A DNA stretch of 64,000 nt from Lingula anatina. Lineage: Eukaryota > Animalia > Brachiopoda. Made by a program: the position numbers and the translations under genes. Location: the NCBI GenBank assembly GCA_051362555.1, contig CM120649.1, positions 15,066,001 to 15,130,000 on the forward strand, read 5' to 3'. The notes under the pieces were generated by a model. It did not search any database and was not told the origin of the DNA. It worked only from the letters and a program-made list of their open reading frames with translations. This document shows, one piece after another, positions 24,378 through 38,591 of the stretch (the first letter of the stretch is position 1; each line of letters begins with the position of its first letter).

Positions 24378-24760
24378 TTATCATTTTGGTCTCAGAATCT
24401 CAGTTATCTTACATGTACAGTGGGGGTTTTATTTCACCGACTCACAACAGCCCGACTTTATTATTTTTTCATAAATTCAAATTTGTCCTTAGGTCCAACT
24501 ACATTTTTCTATCGCCTGCTTTAATTTTTTCAATATTTTGCGAAGGAATAAATTTACATTTCCTCTTCGCCGTTTTCCATTCACCAAATATTTCATTTTC
24601 GCCTGTTGTGTTATCCGCAGGCAGAATATTTTTATCAATTAATTTAGTTCAAATTCCAACAATTATCGTCTGCGCTCCCTCCGTATATTCTGATGCGCTT
24701 CAGACTTTAACCAAACATTTACATAAGTCCATATTCAAGTCAATTATCGTCTGCTTCCTC

Positions 24761-25492
24761 TCAATACCGTCTGCCATCGTAGTCTCGGCTCTTGGAGAAG
24801 TTTCGGTACGGCGGGTAGCCCCCGTTGCGTATGGGTAGGGTGCCACCCCTGGGGAAGTCGGTGTAGACGTACACGGGTCCCCTGAGAGAGTGTCCACCCG
24901 GGTGGGAGCTCTGGGGGTAGATGTAGACAGGGGAGTTCCGGGAGTCGATCAGGTCGGAGAGGTGGATGGGAAGCTTCTTCTTTTTCTGTGAGGAGTAATA
25001 ATATTTTAGAAAATTAAGATATTTTGCATAAAAGTAACAGCCATGGTTAAGCCAAACTTAAATGCTTGCAATAAATATTATGTCTAATCAAAACTGACCA
25101 AATTGCATCAAAAATAGAATTTAAGGTTTCATTTTTTAGAATCGTGACTTGTGCTATCCACTTCTCATTAAACCTGTTTTATAAATATTTGTATTCAATT
25201 GATTCACTCCGTATTCAGTGTTATATACCCAGTATATTTACACCATCCGTTTCCAATTAAATAAATTGTATGTATCTATAAGAAAATGAACAAATACTTT
25301 ACCGCTTCTCTTCTTGCAAGCTGGGTGAAGTAGAACCCAACACAGACTATGCTGTAGATCTAAAAAAAAATAATGCAGCCTCTAGTATGAATATAATAAA
25401 TGTAGGACTTGTTCCTAAAGGTTGTTCAAGTTCTTTTCACACTTATAGTCACCTTTACGTTCTGCTTCTCTTGGACGCACGCACACGTAAAC

Positions 25493-25528
<36 letters not shown>

Positions 25529-28500
25529 AAGCTACATGTGCACACACAAACACACAGACACACACACAGCTGTTCTATACTTACATCAAGAGCCATCAAG
25601 CCCAGAGCAAGGACAACTACCAACCAGTAAACAACCCACCAATCTACAAAATAAAATTATACGATTCTTTAGAATATAAAGTCATTTATTATTAATATTT
25701 TAAGTTGTCACACCGACAATAATAACGATAATAAAAGTGTAACAGAGACACCAGATAAATAAATGAAAAAAAAAAAAAACATGAAAAAATACATCATTAT
25801 ACTGTAAAATTCCCCTGCTCAGGTGCCATGACCTTTGACCTTTCAATTATGGCGTGGGAGGTCAACTGATATACATGTACATCTGCCATTTTCATAGGCT
25901 GGAGAGATGGTGCCCTTTCATATCACAGGGACTTCTTAAACTGTACATTAAATGTAAGTATCTGATACAGTAACATACTAGTAGCGCACCCTGTAGGCAG
26001 AGAGTAGGTCTATCTCTCCTCTGTAGTTTTCATAAACTGAATAGATGACATTTTGAATATTTTGCTGTGTCTGCCTCTTGTTCTTATTACCTTTCTATAT
26101 TCAATATGCTACAGAATACCTAAATGTAAAAGTCGAATACTTACACAGATAGGTCACAGTGAAGACCAGCAGAAGAATGATGATAACAAGATAGTACAAG
26201 GACAGCAACGCCATCATTATCAGCCAAGGAATAAAACACCAGCGGTTTCTCTGAAATAAAAACATGAAATAATCAATATAATATAATACAATATTGTTAT
26301 TTAATGATCTATTTTATCTGTCCATACATACTTATTCAATACGATAATCCAAGGTTTTTATACAGAATTAAATTTTGCCCAGCGGTAAAGAGAATGACAC
26401 ATGCCTCTTTGCTCGAAGTGCGATTTCAAGCATGTTTGTTCGCTTAAAACAGACACAGAGATTAAGTCTACATTTCAAAAAGAAATCAAACACAGAAATT
26501 AAAGAGAAAGCCTAAAACGAAAACCAAATCAGAAAGTCTCACCACCCCAATCCCAACAAAGAGCACTATACAGGCTATCAACCACAGTGCGGCGGCTACA
26601 ATAATGGTGTATATGTTGGCCTCCGAGATAACCAACCAGTCCAGTGTGGACGTAGTATAGGTGGTCAGGTTGACCCCGGTCACTACCACCACTGTGGTCT
26701 TGGCCGCATTCACTGAAATAAATGTATGGGAAAATATGTTTACTTTTTTAAAAAAAAAGTTTACTTATCAATTACTGAGCATTCAACTTTCAAACGCTTT
26801 TGTTGATAGATTGGAATTTAAAGGCATAGAACTGAATTTGAGATGGCTCGGCGGCATTGATTGAAATAAATGTATGTGAAAACATGTTTACCTTTTTAAA
26901 ATATTTTTAAAGTTTATTTATGATTTATTGAATACAAAATCTTCAAATGCATTTCATTTGCAAAATAAACAAATAGATAAATAAATAAATAGTTTGTAAA
27001 GAGTTATTTATTTGTGAAATATTAAGTTGCGACAGATCACCATAGGAAGTTTAGTTAAAAACAATCTAATTTTTACCATCTTTACATGGGAGAAAACGAA
27101 AAAAACCCATTAACTTGTTGTTATTTTTGTGATAACTTTGCACAAATATATCTAGTTAATTCTGTGAACTGGGTAGTATTCCATAACACTCACCTATCGC
27201 TGCATAATATATATACACGGTCAGCAGAACTAGGGCCCAGAGCTGAAAATAATATATAGAAAATAAGCTCGTAACTTTAATCTGGCTCATAAACACTGGT
27301 TGTTAGCAATGGTTTTACCTTGAAATGAAGTAGTTCTACTAAAGACTACTAGCATATAAATATCTAATAAAAATTTGACAATTTTCGTTTGTCCATTCTG
27401 TGCAAGAATACGCAGGAGGATACTACAAGGATAATTGATAGAAGGAAAGGAGTTGGATCACAATATGATGGGCAGAGTTGGGGTAGGGGTACAGGGGGTT
27501 CATGAAAGAAGGAAAGGGAGCTTGACATGATTTGGGGGTGGGGTAAAGGGGGTGACATTTGGTTAACCCATAGATTCTTCTGCACCCTGATTAGTAACAT
27601 CTTGAGACCCTCCAGTGCATGACTCAAGTAATGGGTGGAGAACTCTGTGTGACACATGAAGATCTTTAAATGTCGATCGTTGACAATTATTAGAGAAGAA
27701 AAACATTCATCATTATCATTTTTGGCTTATCATTTTGAATCACAACCTGTCGTCAAATAATAACAGCCGGAAAATCTGAAAATTTATTCCAAATCATTAA
27801 GACATCTGCAGATCAACACCCAACATTAAGAACAGTGACACGCTATCATATTTCAGAGTAATGATTCAGTCTCGAAGCCCAGAGTTTACGATTACTCCAC
27901 ACTCTGTCAACTTTGAGCATCTGGTCTATTTAAAATTATACCCAGTAGTTCATAATGGACTGCTGGTGTTACCCAAGACGTGATAACAACGCTAAGTCTG
28001 GAGCTACTATAACCAACTACTTCAACATGTGACGTAACTGACGTAAGGGCACTTTTACAGACGTCAAAAACTAATTATCAGCTGTTCGTGAAAATAGCAC
28101 CCGTACAGTCATGGATTATGTTCAAGCCGTCCGGCAAATGGCACCGTATACATTTACATACATGCATCATCATATACTGACAGGCAGATGGTTTCTGTGC
28201 ACTGAGTTAAGAATATTTTACACGCGCGGGGGACATGTAGCCTACATGTACACGTATACATTTCAGTTACTTTTAAAGACAAGTCTCAAAATAAATGAAG
28301 CATTGTCACAGATGTTGAGGTTCTTCATTGGGTTGATAATGATATTGCTTATTTGTTATTTTTATCGTAATACTAATCTGTTTAGAATTATTTCGAATGT
28401 TTGCATAGCAATTCGGGTAAAAGAGTTGTTATACATTATAATTATGAATAAATACATAGGCAAATACGTATACTAAATACGTATATGAAATACGCATACT

Positions 28501-31180
28501 ATATGACATTTCTTTATGCAGAAGCTGAAAATATGCTTAAAACGCATGGATAATACGTGGATAGAATGAAACCATTCTACTATTATGTATGATAAAGCAA
28601 ATTCGGCCTGTCTAGCCCCTGTGTGCGCGTGCATGTGTGTACGCTCGCGTGCCTTGGCGCACTACTGAGAACGCGTCTATATCTTGCATTCATATTTCAA
28701 CATTTGAACACGTGGAATGAGTAATGACATTAGTAACGGCAGATCCATCCTCAGCGTTTTCGTGTAAAAGCGTATCGGTTACAAAAAGGGGAGGATTTCT
28801 ACATTCCAAGCGCCATTCCAAACAATTCCACATTGTGTAACAGAAGGATTGGTTGTAGGGCGTTAAAAAGGTTCGGTACCCCTGAAAAACAGTGACACAT
28901 ACCTCACAACTTAATTTATTTGGAATTCTCTACACGTTGAAAAAAGTTAGTTATGTAGAGTAAGGGTGAGACAACGTGGGGAAACTTGTCTCTAAAAGGT
29001 CTGCTAATCAGTTGATAATTGTGGCTTGAGAGAAGGGGTTTCAACACGAACATCTATTTTAGTTCATGACCTAAAATTATCTTCAGAATAACCGGTATAA
29101 CCATTTACTAGTATAAGTATTTTTTCTTTTGTTTTCTTCGTTAGTGAGTTCCTTTACAGCATACATATAAAGCGTATCACGTTTGACATACTTTACCAAA
29201 ACCGGGGATAACAGCTGATAAAACATTTTTTCACGAAGAAAACAATTTGCTCAAATAACTGCCAATCTATTCAACTTTGAAATAAAGTCTTAATCCGTTC
29301 CTTCCAGCACTGCTCCACATATCAAACTATCGCACTGGAGAGAATAACAACAATAATATTACTCAATACAGATTTGGTATTTCTCTGTTGAAATCAATTA
29401 ATTAGGCACGGAGCGGTGCGTGAAAGGTCTGTGTGGAGCTGGTAAATAATTGAGTGTATGGATTTACTACACCTATATATGTCTTAGGGCCATTCACATA
29501 ACCCTATCGTGCTAGCAGGATCGATCTACCTCCGAGGGGATTCTTGCTAAATTGCTATCAGTTTAAGCTTGCACGAAAGTTAATTAGCAGCTTCAGTGGG
29601 CGTGACAGACATTTAAGCCGCTTAAACCAAATCCCCTCGGAGTTAGATCGATCCTGCTAGTACGATAGGGTTATGGGAACCCAGTTTTGCTGAATGTACA
29701 TGTATCCTTGATCACACGTACAGCCCTCACGCCCTTGACTGCCAGTTAAGTTTGGGCATGACATTGGATATATTTGCGCCACATTTTTTAGCTTGCGTCA
29801 TACCTGGTACCTTATCAACGTCACGTACACTGCACGTGAAAAATAATATTATTATGTTGTAATTTGTTTTTTCGCTTTTCATACAGATATGAGTCACGCT
29901 TTGTGCCACAAAAGACAAAACAAACATGTACTCAGAATCAGTGCATACGCATACCCACCCATCCCCAGACAAAATGAGAAATTCACCGAAACTGTTGAAA
30001 CGTATTTCAATACAAGAACACCAATTAAGTTGGATAAAATCCATATGGAATGTTGGCTTTGTACGCTGAGTGACGGCCATCGTGTTATATTTACTCATGC
30101 TGGTCACTCGGTCCAGTTCAAAACAGGGGCGTGGACAGGAATACCACTTAAATATATAGTAGAAAATGAAATCAAATTAAAGATCTCAGAACAATAGAAA
30201 AAAATCATAAGAGGGTGTGTTTTTTTTTTTTTTGAAAAAGTAAGCCTCTTTGTCCTCTTAGTTGACCCAATTTGAGCCATGACATAGAACCGAGGTCAAA
30301 TGTTGATTCAGAGTGACCCTTCCTAGCAAAAAGGCCGTTCTTTCGATCAGGCTTGGATATTTTGTTTTTGTTATATATAAGATATATACAACCTTTAAAA
30401 CGTGAGCGTCACGCCCAGAGAACTTTATCTTTTTGCTTTTACGAGCTGCTTAATTGCCCCCTGTCAACTCTGTTGGGGCGTGGACGATCTATCGACCCGG
30501 CACGGTAGGGCAGGTAGAGTTTCAGTCGCTTAGGTTAAAATTAACTCGGAGTACTGCAGTTTGCAACAAGTGTATCCAAATTCAGAAACTTAAACGTGCA
30601 GTTTATGAATTTTGAACTAACAGATGGATGTGTTTAACGGGTGACCGAAGCTGACGGCTATTAATAATATTCATACCAAAGCCATTCAGCTGTGGAGCGA
30701 TAGAATGTCTTTTATACTTCGTGAATGGAAACATTGTGCCCTATAAAACACGCCAAGCTTTCAATACACCTGGTCGGCGAAGTTCTTGAGATTTTTATCA
30801 CGGTTATTGAGGAAACTGTTTGCATTCAGTTAAAAAGTTTGGGTATTGGATCCCAAGAGCCATTTTGTTCTCTCATGTATTCATACTAATAAATCGATCA
30901 TATTATACACGAACGACCCCTTATGTTCGAAAGATTTACCCGAAAGTGCCTTTGTATAGGGAGGTATACTGCAGGTAAAGGGTGGGGGACAAGTGGAAGA
31001 ATGTGGCAAAAAATTTTACCAAATGATATACCCTTAACACTTAATACAGTCTTTGATATAAGCCAACATCGCTACCGTTACACCGTATCTAATGCGTTAT
31101 AATATGCTTACCGTTGACCACACTCCACTAAATATACTCCCTTGCCGCAGATTACAGCAACAACAGAATGTCCTCAGCAT
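24761..31180 (-). CDS. Four-TM LAPTM4/DUF4728-like membrane protein, paralogue B (~244 aa)
   Basis: Exons 31180-31112, 27242-27194, 26712-26543, 26250-26145, 25643-25585, 25359-25303, 24985-24761; same phases as A. MLRTFCCCCNLRQGS..., RNRWCFIPW, IYSIVCVGFYF, tail ...VYIYPQ...GGYPPYRNF...GRRY*. Confidence 0.88.
29490..29680. mobile_element. MITE with ~45-bp terminal inverted repeats
   Basis: cataaccctatcgtgctagcaggatcgatctacctccgaggggatt (from 29497) versus aatcccctcggagttagatcgatcctgctagtacgatagggttatg (to 29675). A related fragment lies near 57752-57778. Confidence 0.8.
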
Positions 31181-33105
31181 GTTTGTAGGTGTGTAAAGTG
31201 AACAAAACACTGTGAAATATGCTGTCCTCTGTTTTCACCGCTGTGAAATTGCCTGTCAACAATTTTGTCACCAAGCTGCACTTGGTAAAGAGGTTGTCCC
31301 GTATGGGTCACAGAACCGCCAAAAAGGCTGGATACTTTATGGTAGACCTCAGAAACTCAACAGGTGCGCCTCTTTTTCGCCTGTCCTTTTTTAGTGTCAC
31401 CACCTCTCTCTCGTGCTCCGCGTTCTCTCTCTCTCTCTGTCTCTCTCTCTCTCCCTTGCCTCGCCCTCTTTCCTTTCCAAGTGAGGTGCGTTGGATGCCT
31501 GCTACCCGCGGTGGCTCGAGTGTAGTTAACGCCCTTCCTTTGTCAATATGGACCGTATTATATTCCCTGCTCAATTACATTCGGGGGCAGTTATCGAATA
31601 ACAATAATACGCTGGCCTTTGTGGCATTGTAGCAAGGATTTCTTAATACAGCAAACAATTGGCGATGTTTTCTGATGGTATACTGGAATGGAGGTGGACG
31701 TGAACAATATTGTTTACAAAGCAGAAGATGGTGTTTTTTCTTTTGTAGCAAGAATTATTACAATTGATAATATGACTTGGCCTAGTGCACCAATTTATAT
31801 ATAATTTAATCAATCGCTAAAAAGACACTTATTAATGTACTTCTTTTCTTAAAATGATTAACGGTAAAGTGGACCGTGTTTTTTAAACATTATCATGGGC
31901 CACAGTATGATTGAAAAAGATGCTACAAGTTTGTGAGCGCGGTTAATGAAACAGAAATTCAGCCGCATTTATTGCGCTCCTTTTAATCAAATATAACCAA
32001 ATATAGATTCAGTTTTGAGCAAGAGTGGACAATTTATTTCGAAAATATGAAAATTAGCCCGGTAATTAAAAGTTGAATGTCGTCTGCAGCATAGTAAATG
32101 GAAACGGTGGACTACGTGTCACCGTACTCACATTGAGTAGATAACTTCCCGATTTTTATTCATAAGATAACTGAAGAAGCCAAGGACAAAAAAGGAGGCG
32201 TGGTGATCGACACATGATAACTGCAATAAGTAGCCACCTGTTCAGGGCGACTGATAAGAGGCTCTGAAATCGTGTTTTATTGAAAAAAATAAAAACCGCT
32301 TTGTCTTTACGCTGGAGACGTGTTAAAATTGTTCGCCCTGCCCTCCAAGTCCACCCCCCCCCCCCCCCCAAAGATAAAAAAATAAATGCGTCTTAAAAAC
32401 AATTCACAGCAGAAAATGTTAAGAAAGAAGAAAAAACAGAGAATAAGTCAGCGAGAATGCTTAACGCATATTCGTCTGTGTGTACGCAATATTGAACAGT
32501 TCTCAGTAAGTCAAATATATAGCGCACCCAAACACACAAACACACGAAACATGGGAGTACAGGTTAACCTAATACAAAAGGTATTACGTAGACCCTCCCA
32601 AGTGAAGTATTTGTTTTTAGCAGCGTGACTGGAATAGGGTTATGTTTAATGGAAACACAATGGAGAGAGGTATACAAAGTCATAAATGAAACACGCGGGT
32701 TTAAGGTGGTCACTTTAGTCGCCGTAACCGCATTTTCAGCCTGATTAAGTAAGACCAAAAAAGTCTAAGGGCTTATTCACAATGAAACTATCGATCTACG
32801 TAGATAGATCCAAGTTCGTGGAACTCATTCTGAATGCAATCAGATAAACATTTTAATGTTAAAACAGGTGTTGAATAGAATAAAAAAAGTTGGTGATTAT
32901 ATTGGGTATGCATTGTCAAGTTTTTTATCACTCTAAAATTATCTTAGCCCGAAAAAATAAAAGATTTTTTCACAACTCAGTGTTCTGCAGAAAAGTTTAT
33001 TTCATTTTCTTTTGATAATAAACAATTTAATCGTGTATAATTGTACAAAAAGAATGCATACACTGGAAGTTGACGTATTGCAAGGGCAGTCACTTGATCC
33101 TTTGT

Positions 33106-33465
33106 GGAGAATTAAACTGATACGCATAACTTATTGAAGCCTATTATCCTATATGGAGCATTAAACTGATACTCATAACTTATTAAAAACCTATTATCCT
33201 ATATGGAGATGATACTCGTAATTTATTGGAGCCTTTTATCCTATATGGAGCATTAAACTGATACTCATAACTTATTAAAAACCTATTATCCTATATGGAG
33301 ATGATACTCGTAATTTATTGAAGCCTTTTATCCTATATGGAGAATTAAACTGATACTCATAACTTATTAAAGCCTATTATCCTATATGGAGATGATACTC
33401 ATAATTTATTGAAGCCTATTATCCTATATGGAGCATTGAACTGATAATCATAACTTATTGAAGCC
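33106..33465. repeat. Minisatellite with ~41- and ~50-bp unit variants
   Basis: Repeats of ggag(cattaaac)tgatactc(a/g)taa(c/t)ttattgaagcctattatcctatat with no unique spacers. Confidence 0.9.
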
Positions 33466-34627
33466 CAAAATCTTGCCAGAAAGCACAGCTGTATTGAATA
33501 TAAGTAAAAAATGTAAAATGTTTCCCAGGGAAAGGGGGGGGGGGGGGGGCGGTCACGGGGGTGCACAATGTCAATGGCCTTTAAAGTAGCCTGCATCGAT
33601 CGAGATGTTTTTTTTTTTTCTCAAACTTTCAAAACTTTCAAATATAAATTGTGAGAAAAAGCTTAATGAACCATATTATATAAACACCACATCAGTTAAA
33701 CTTTTATGGAGGTATCGAGTGACCCGTTTTCACAGGCCGTATGTAGGCCTGTATGCCAGAATTTTTAACTGACCGACTAGTGCTTTTATTAGACGTACCC
33801 TCTACCAGGGTTACAGAAATATTTTTCACTAGATATTTACATATCAAGTTTTTCTCTGGCATCTGTTACAGAGTAGGTTATAATAAATACAGTATGTCAG
33901 CCCAACAATATTCTTGTGGGAATAATGCGTTTCACTAAAGCGAGAATTTATTTTGAAGAACTACTAAACTTAAATACAGTTAAAATCAAATAAAGACATA
34001 CATATAAATGAAACCCGTCTAATTCCATGATCAGTCGACTCCGTCTGGGCATGATATATGTATAATTACAGCATGCACCTTGAATCATCTTAAAAGGGAT
34101 TTCTCCAATACCTAAAGTCAGTACCTATAATTCTATACACTATTGACTTTTTTCTAGTTTGGGATCAAATCCATGTGCGGGGCATGCAATGTCATACCAA
34201 ATATTTTAATTTGGAGTGAACTTAAAAGGGCCAACATGCATTTCCATAAGTACCACCTCTTAAATACATTATATATCGTCATTTCTGACCTTTGAACTCA
34301 ACTTCGCAGGTCTTCACATATACGTTGGTCCTAGGACTGACATACACCGAAAAAAATGGACAGCAACTCCAATGACGTCAGCATGTTCCCGGATGAAAGC
34401 CGTCATACATTAGTCTACTGGTGATAGTAACAAGAAATAGCTCTAACTGTACATTTGACATTCTCTTGCCATCTAGAACTACATCTCGCCTTTTGAGCAA
34501 TGATGTTTCAAATGTAACTGCAAAATTGCGCAATAAAGTCGCTGATTATATTCATTTGTAGTACACCGTATATACTTTGATATAGAATTACAGTTACTGT
34601 CGCATAGCATACTACAAGAACTTGCTA

Positions 34628-36013
34628 CACACACTGGACAAAAGAAGTGTCACCCCTACTGAGCCAATACTATGGGGAAGATAAATGGCTGTGGAATGAT
34701 ATGCTCCTGGTATCATTTTATTAACATCAAATTTCACAAAAAATCACAAAATGAGAAGAAAATATACATTCTATCAAAATATGCAGTTTCAAGTCCAAAA
34801 TTAGTACTTAGTGGCATAACCACGTGACCTAATAATAGGTGCCAGTCTACGAAGCAGGGATTCATATAATTGTCTGATGCGTTCAGGGATTACGCTGGCC
34901 CAAGCATGAAACACTGAATATAACAGAGTTTCTCTGCTGGTTAGACGGACATTTGTAAAAAGTTTTGACATATCATTCCACACATTTTCTATTATTTTTG
35001 CATCCGGACTCTGGGCAGGCCACATCACCCTGCAAATGTCCTGTTGGTCAAAGCAATCATCAACTGCTCTGGGCCTGTGACAAGGAGCATTGTCATCCTG
35101 GTGAACAAATGGATAATTCCTGTCACCAAACATGTTAGTAATAGATGGTAGCAAGCCTGACTCCAAAACATCGATATATTTCTAGTGATTCATGTTTCCA
35201 TTAACCACTATCAATTCGCCCAAGCCATGGATGCCTATGCAGCCCCACACCATGATGAATATGCTTCTCCGGGTTCGAAAATTCGGTGCATGTGGTTCAA
35301 ATGCTTTACCAGCAGTTTGCCAGCATAGTACCCGTCTGTCATCAGAGGTCAGACCAAAGCGACACTCATCAGAAAAAATATATAGGACCAATTGTCAGGA
35401 ACTGTCCAGTTCCAGATCCTGTTGACCCTAGTTTACTCTACGTTGCCTGTTTTGTAACGACATAAGAGGTTTCAGTCTTGCTACCCTGCTGTACACTCTC
35501 TGAGCATGTAACCGACGCCTAGCAAATTTCACAGACACATTCTTATGTGTGAATTTGTTCCACTGTGTTGTCAATTGACAAGCATTGTCGAACTTTGACA
35601 ACCTGGAAATCAAAATCAGTCGTCGGTCTTCACGGCCGGTATTTTTTCTTGGACGACCCATCAGAGGCAATTTGTCTCTTGATCCAGTGTTTCTATACCG
35701 AGACCAGACCCTCTGCACGGTTCTGACTGATCAATTCAATTGCATCGATATTCTGACATTGCTTATATCCCGCCTCTTCAGGTTAATAACTTGCACCTAT
35801 AACTGTTAGATAATTGCCTGTATCTTGCCATATTGGAGGAAGACAGGAATAACATTTGCTGTACATGTACAAGACCAACAATACAATTCCATGGTATAGC
35901 GGTTTTATACTCATTAGTCACATTATAAGTAGACCAGGCATTATAAGTACCCAAGATCTGCCTACTTTTATTACTCTGAGTTAGGGGGTGACACTTCTTT
36001 TGTCCAGTGTGTG
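34628..36013 (-). mobile_element. Tc1/mariner (DD34E) DNA transposon, full length, transposase disrupted
   Basis: 29-bp TIRs CACACACTGGACAAAAGAAGTGTCACCCC at both ends, flanked by a TA TSD (34626-27, 36014-15). Transposase fragments: GRPRK..EDRR (DNA-binding region), FSDECRF, MVWGCI, QDDNAPCH...WPAQSPDAKIIENVW with exactly 34 residues between D and E, ending RGYATKY*. Confidence 0.95.
34801..35831 (-). pseudogene. Tc1 transposase pseudogene
   Basis: Split into ORFs 35428-35718, 35182-35391 and 34801-35166 by stops/frameshifts; a likely original start MARYRQLS near 35831 is also broken. Confidence 0.9.
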
Positions 36014-36313
36014 TATAACTCTTCGCCTAATCAGCCAAGATATTCCTAAAACTGATAAGGTCAAATTCTTGACTGAAATATTCCAGTGTACACATGGAAT
36101 GTACATATTTGTCTTGATTGTCCTCAATGAAAAAAAATCTCCACACCGGCCTCTAACATTATACGGTATGAGTTTATTGTTTTTGCCTAGACTTATAATT
36201 CCGGCCAGAAAAAAATTAATCATTGAGAAATACACAAGTACAAAAAACAAAAAATCTAATCCTGACTTTAAGAGCACAATGCATTACAATAACATCTCTC
36301 TTTTTATCTGGAA

Positions 36314-37199
36314 TCAGTACCGTTTATTATAATCATACTCATAACCCCCTCCATGGTAGCTGGGGCGATACTGGTAGCCTTGGTTTACGTATCCGCCGGT
36401 AGGTGGCTTCTTGTAAGACCCGTGATCGTCGAACTCTGTACCGTACGGACTGAAAACTGCATGTCCTTGCTTCTGGCTTATATAGTCATTTTGACGCTGC
36501 TGGGGGTACTGCGGATAACCCCCCGCGGCGTATGCGTACGCAGGTTTCCCACCTTGGTCGTGATTTCCGTTGTATTGTACCATTCGCATGGCTCGATTTT
36601 CCTTGAATAAAAGAGAATCGGTAAGCTACATCACTAAATAAGTGAATGGATGAGGCAACCCATTTAGATTCAATAACAACTGACAACAGTTTATCTTGAT
36701 AGCAATAAATTACAGCTATCCAAATCGTTAAACAAAACGTCTTCAACTCATTTTCCAACCTGAGACCGTTCTAGTAAGTAAAATAAAATTCATGATGAGA
36801 GACCTTTCTTATTTTAAGAAAATGTATATTATTGAAGTGGGACTTAAACTGCATTAAATTGAATATGTTGCATCAGTGATACCTCGACCCCTGTTCCACT
36901 TTTACTTACCTCCATCTCTCTCTCCATCGTCAATTCACGGAAATAGAACCCCACGCAAATAAGAGCATAGATCTGAAGAAACAATGGCAGAATGGCATTT
37001 TTGAACGAAAGGATTGAGCATAATGATCGGTGCCTTAGGAAATATTGAAAAATGATTGAAAAATTCTCAGATTCATCTCATTTGAAAGAAAAAGTTAAAT
37101 GAGCAAGAGGATTTGATACTTCACGTGAAAAAACTTTAATTACGGAATTGGATTGAGGCAAAAATCAAAATATATTTTCTGAGATTAAAACATTTAATC

Positions 37200-37240
<41 letters not shown>

Positions 37241-38552
37241 CCACTTACGTCAAACACTATTATGAGGAAAAGTACTCCTACAATAACCCAGAAGAGCCAG
37301 AATGTGTCTGAAAAACAAAAAAAAATTAAGGTTCACTTCATGATATTTAACCGCTAAATGGATTTCCCCAGGAAAATAAGCGAATGTGCAGGTTTGCGTT
37401 TATGCTTGTGTTAATAGTTCAATGTCTTTGTAATAGTGTCTTCACACCTCACAGTGACACTTTCATATACTCACAGAGCAGCACGACCCCATATACGAGG
37501 ACGAGGACGAGAACAGCAATCAGATACAACGTGGCTAGAATGGTGAAGACAAGCCACGGGACGAGACACCAGCGATTTTTCTGGAGAAAGAAAAACAAAT
37601 TTATAATGAATTGAAAAAAGAGTAACAATTGGCAAAAACATCACAGTAAATCAGATGAAGTTAACATACAAAATATTATCCGCGCGCATGGCGCGCAGTT
37701 CGCCCTTTCGTTTGCAAAGTTATGCAATGGCTGGTTTCAGAAATTTTAAACGAAAATTCTAAGAAATGTTGACAGAAATCTGGCCTAGATAAATCCATAA
37801 AAGACCATTTGTATAAAGCCATTATTGATTTGAAACATAAGCCAGGTTTTTTTAATTATCTTCAAATTAATTATATTAATTAATTAATATATTTTTTTAT
37901 TATTTTATTTTATTATTATTATTAATTTTTTTTGTAAAACAGTCGCCGTAATTCGTTTACTTGGGGTAACACTGATTTAGAATCAAAGACGGCTAACATT
38001 TAGGTTAAAAAAATAGGCTTTTATTCAGAGTAAATAATAATAATAATAATAATAATAATTATAATAATAATAATAAACTTTGGAACTACTCACGACACAA
38101 ATTCCAGCGAACAGAACAATGCAGGAGATAAACCATAGGAAAGATACTGCCAGCCCCACGTACACAGTGTATTTATTTTGGAACCCATAGATTGTATTTA
38201 AAACGCTGGCTGTGTCTGGTTGACCTGTTCCTAGGGATTCTCCGGCAATTTCAACTGGAAATTAAAGAGGGTGAATATTATGGACAAAGTGCAAGCAGAA
38301 CAGTAAATTTTATATATGCCTCAAATCATATAGCAAATCATACAGTCCTCTTTTGTATTTTGAAATTACAGTTCTTAAATCAACTTCATTCTGTGTTCTG
38401 TAGTTATATTCTAATGATGTTTTATTTATAGATTGCGTTTTTAATAAACTATTATTTCAAATGTAAGAACATGTAAGACAAGTTGCTAAGGTCTTGAGGC
38501 ACCATGTGTACTATGTTTTATATTTAGGACACACGAGAAAAAAGCCTTAGAA

Positions 38553-38591
<39 letters not shown>

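Noticed and set aside
24700-24897. ORF MDTLSGDPC... as the tail of paralogue B, or a frameshift in its last exon
   Set aside because: Recounting from the acceptor at 24985 gives a clean 225-nt phase-0 exon in another frame ending at TGA 24761, so no frameshift is needed.
33106-33465. CRISPR-like array
   Set aside because: No unique spacers, eukaryotic context and no cas genes; it is a minisatellite.
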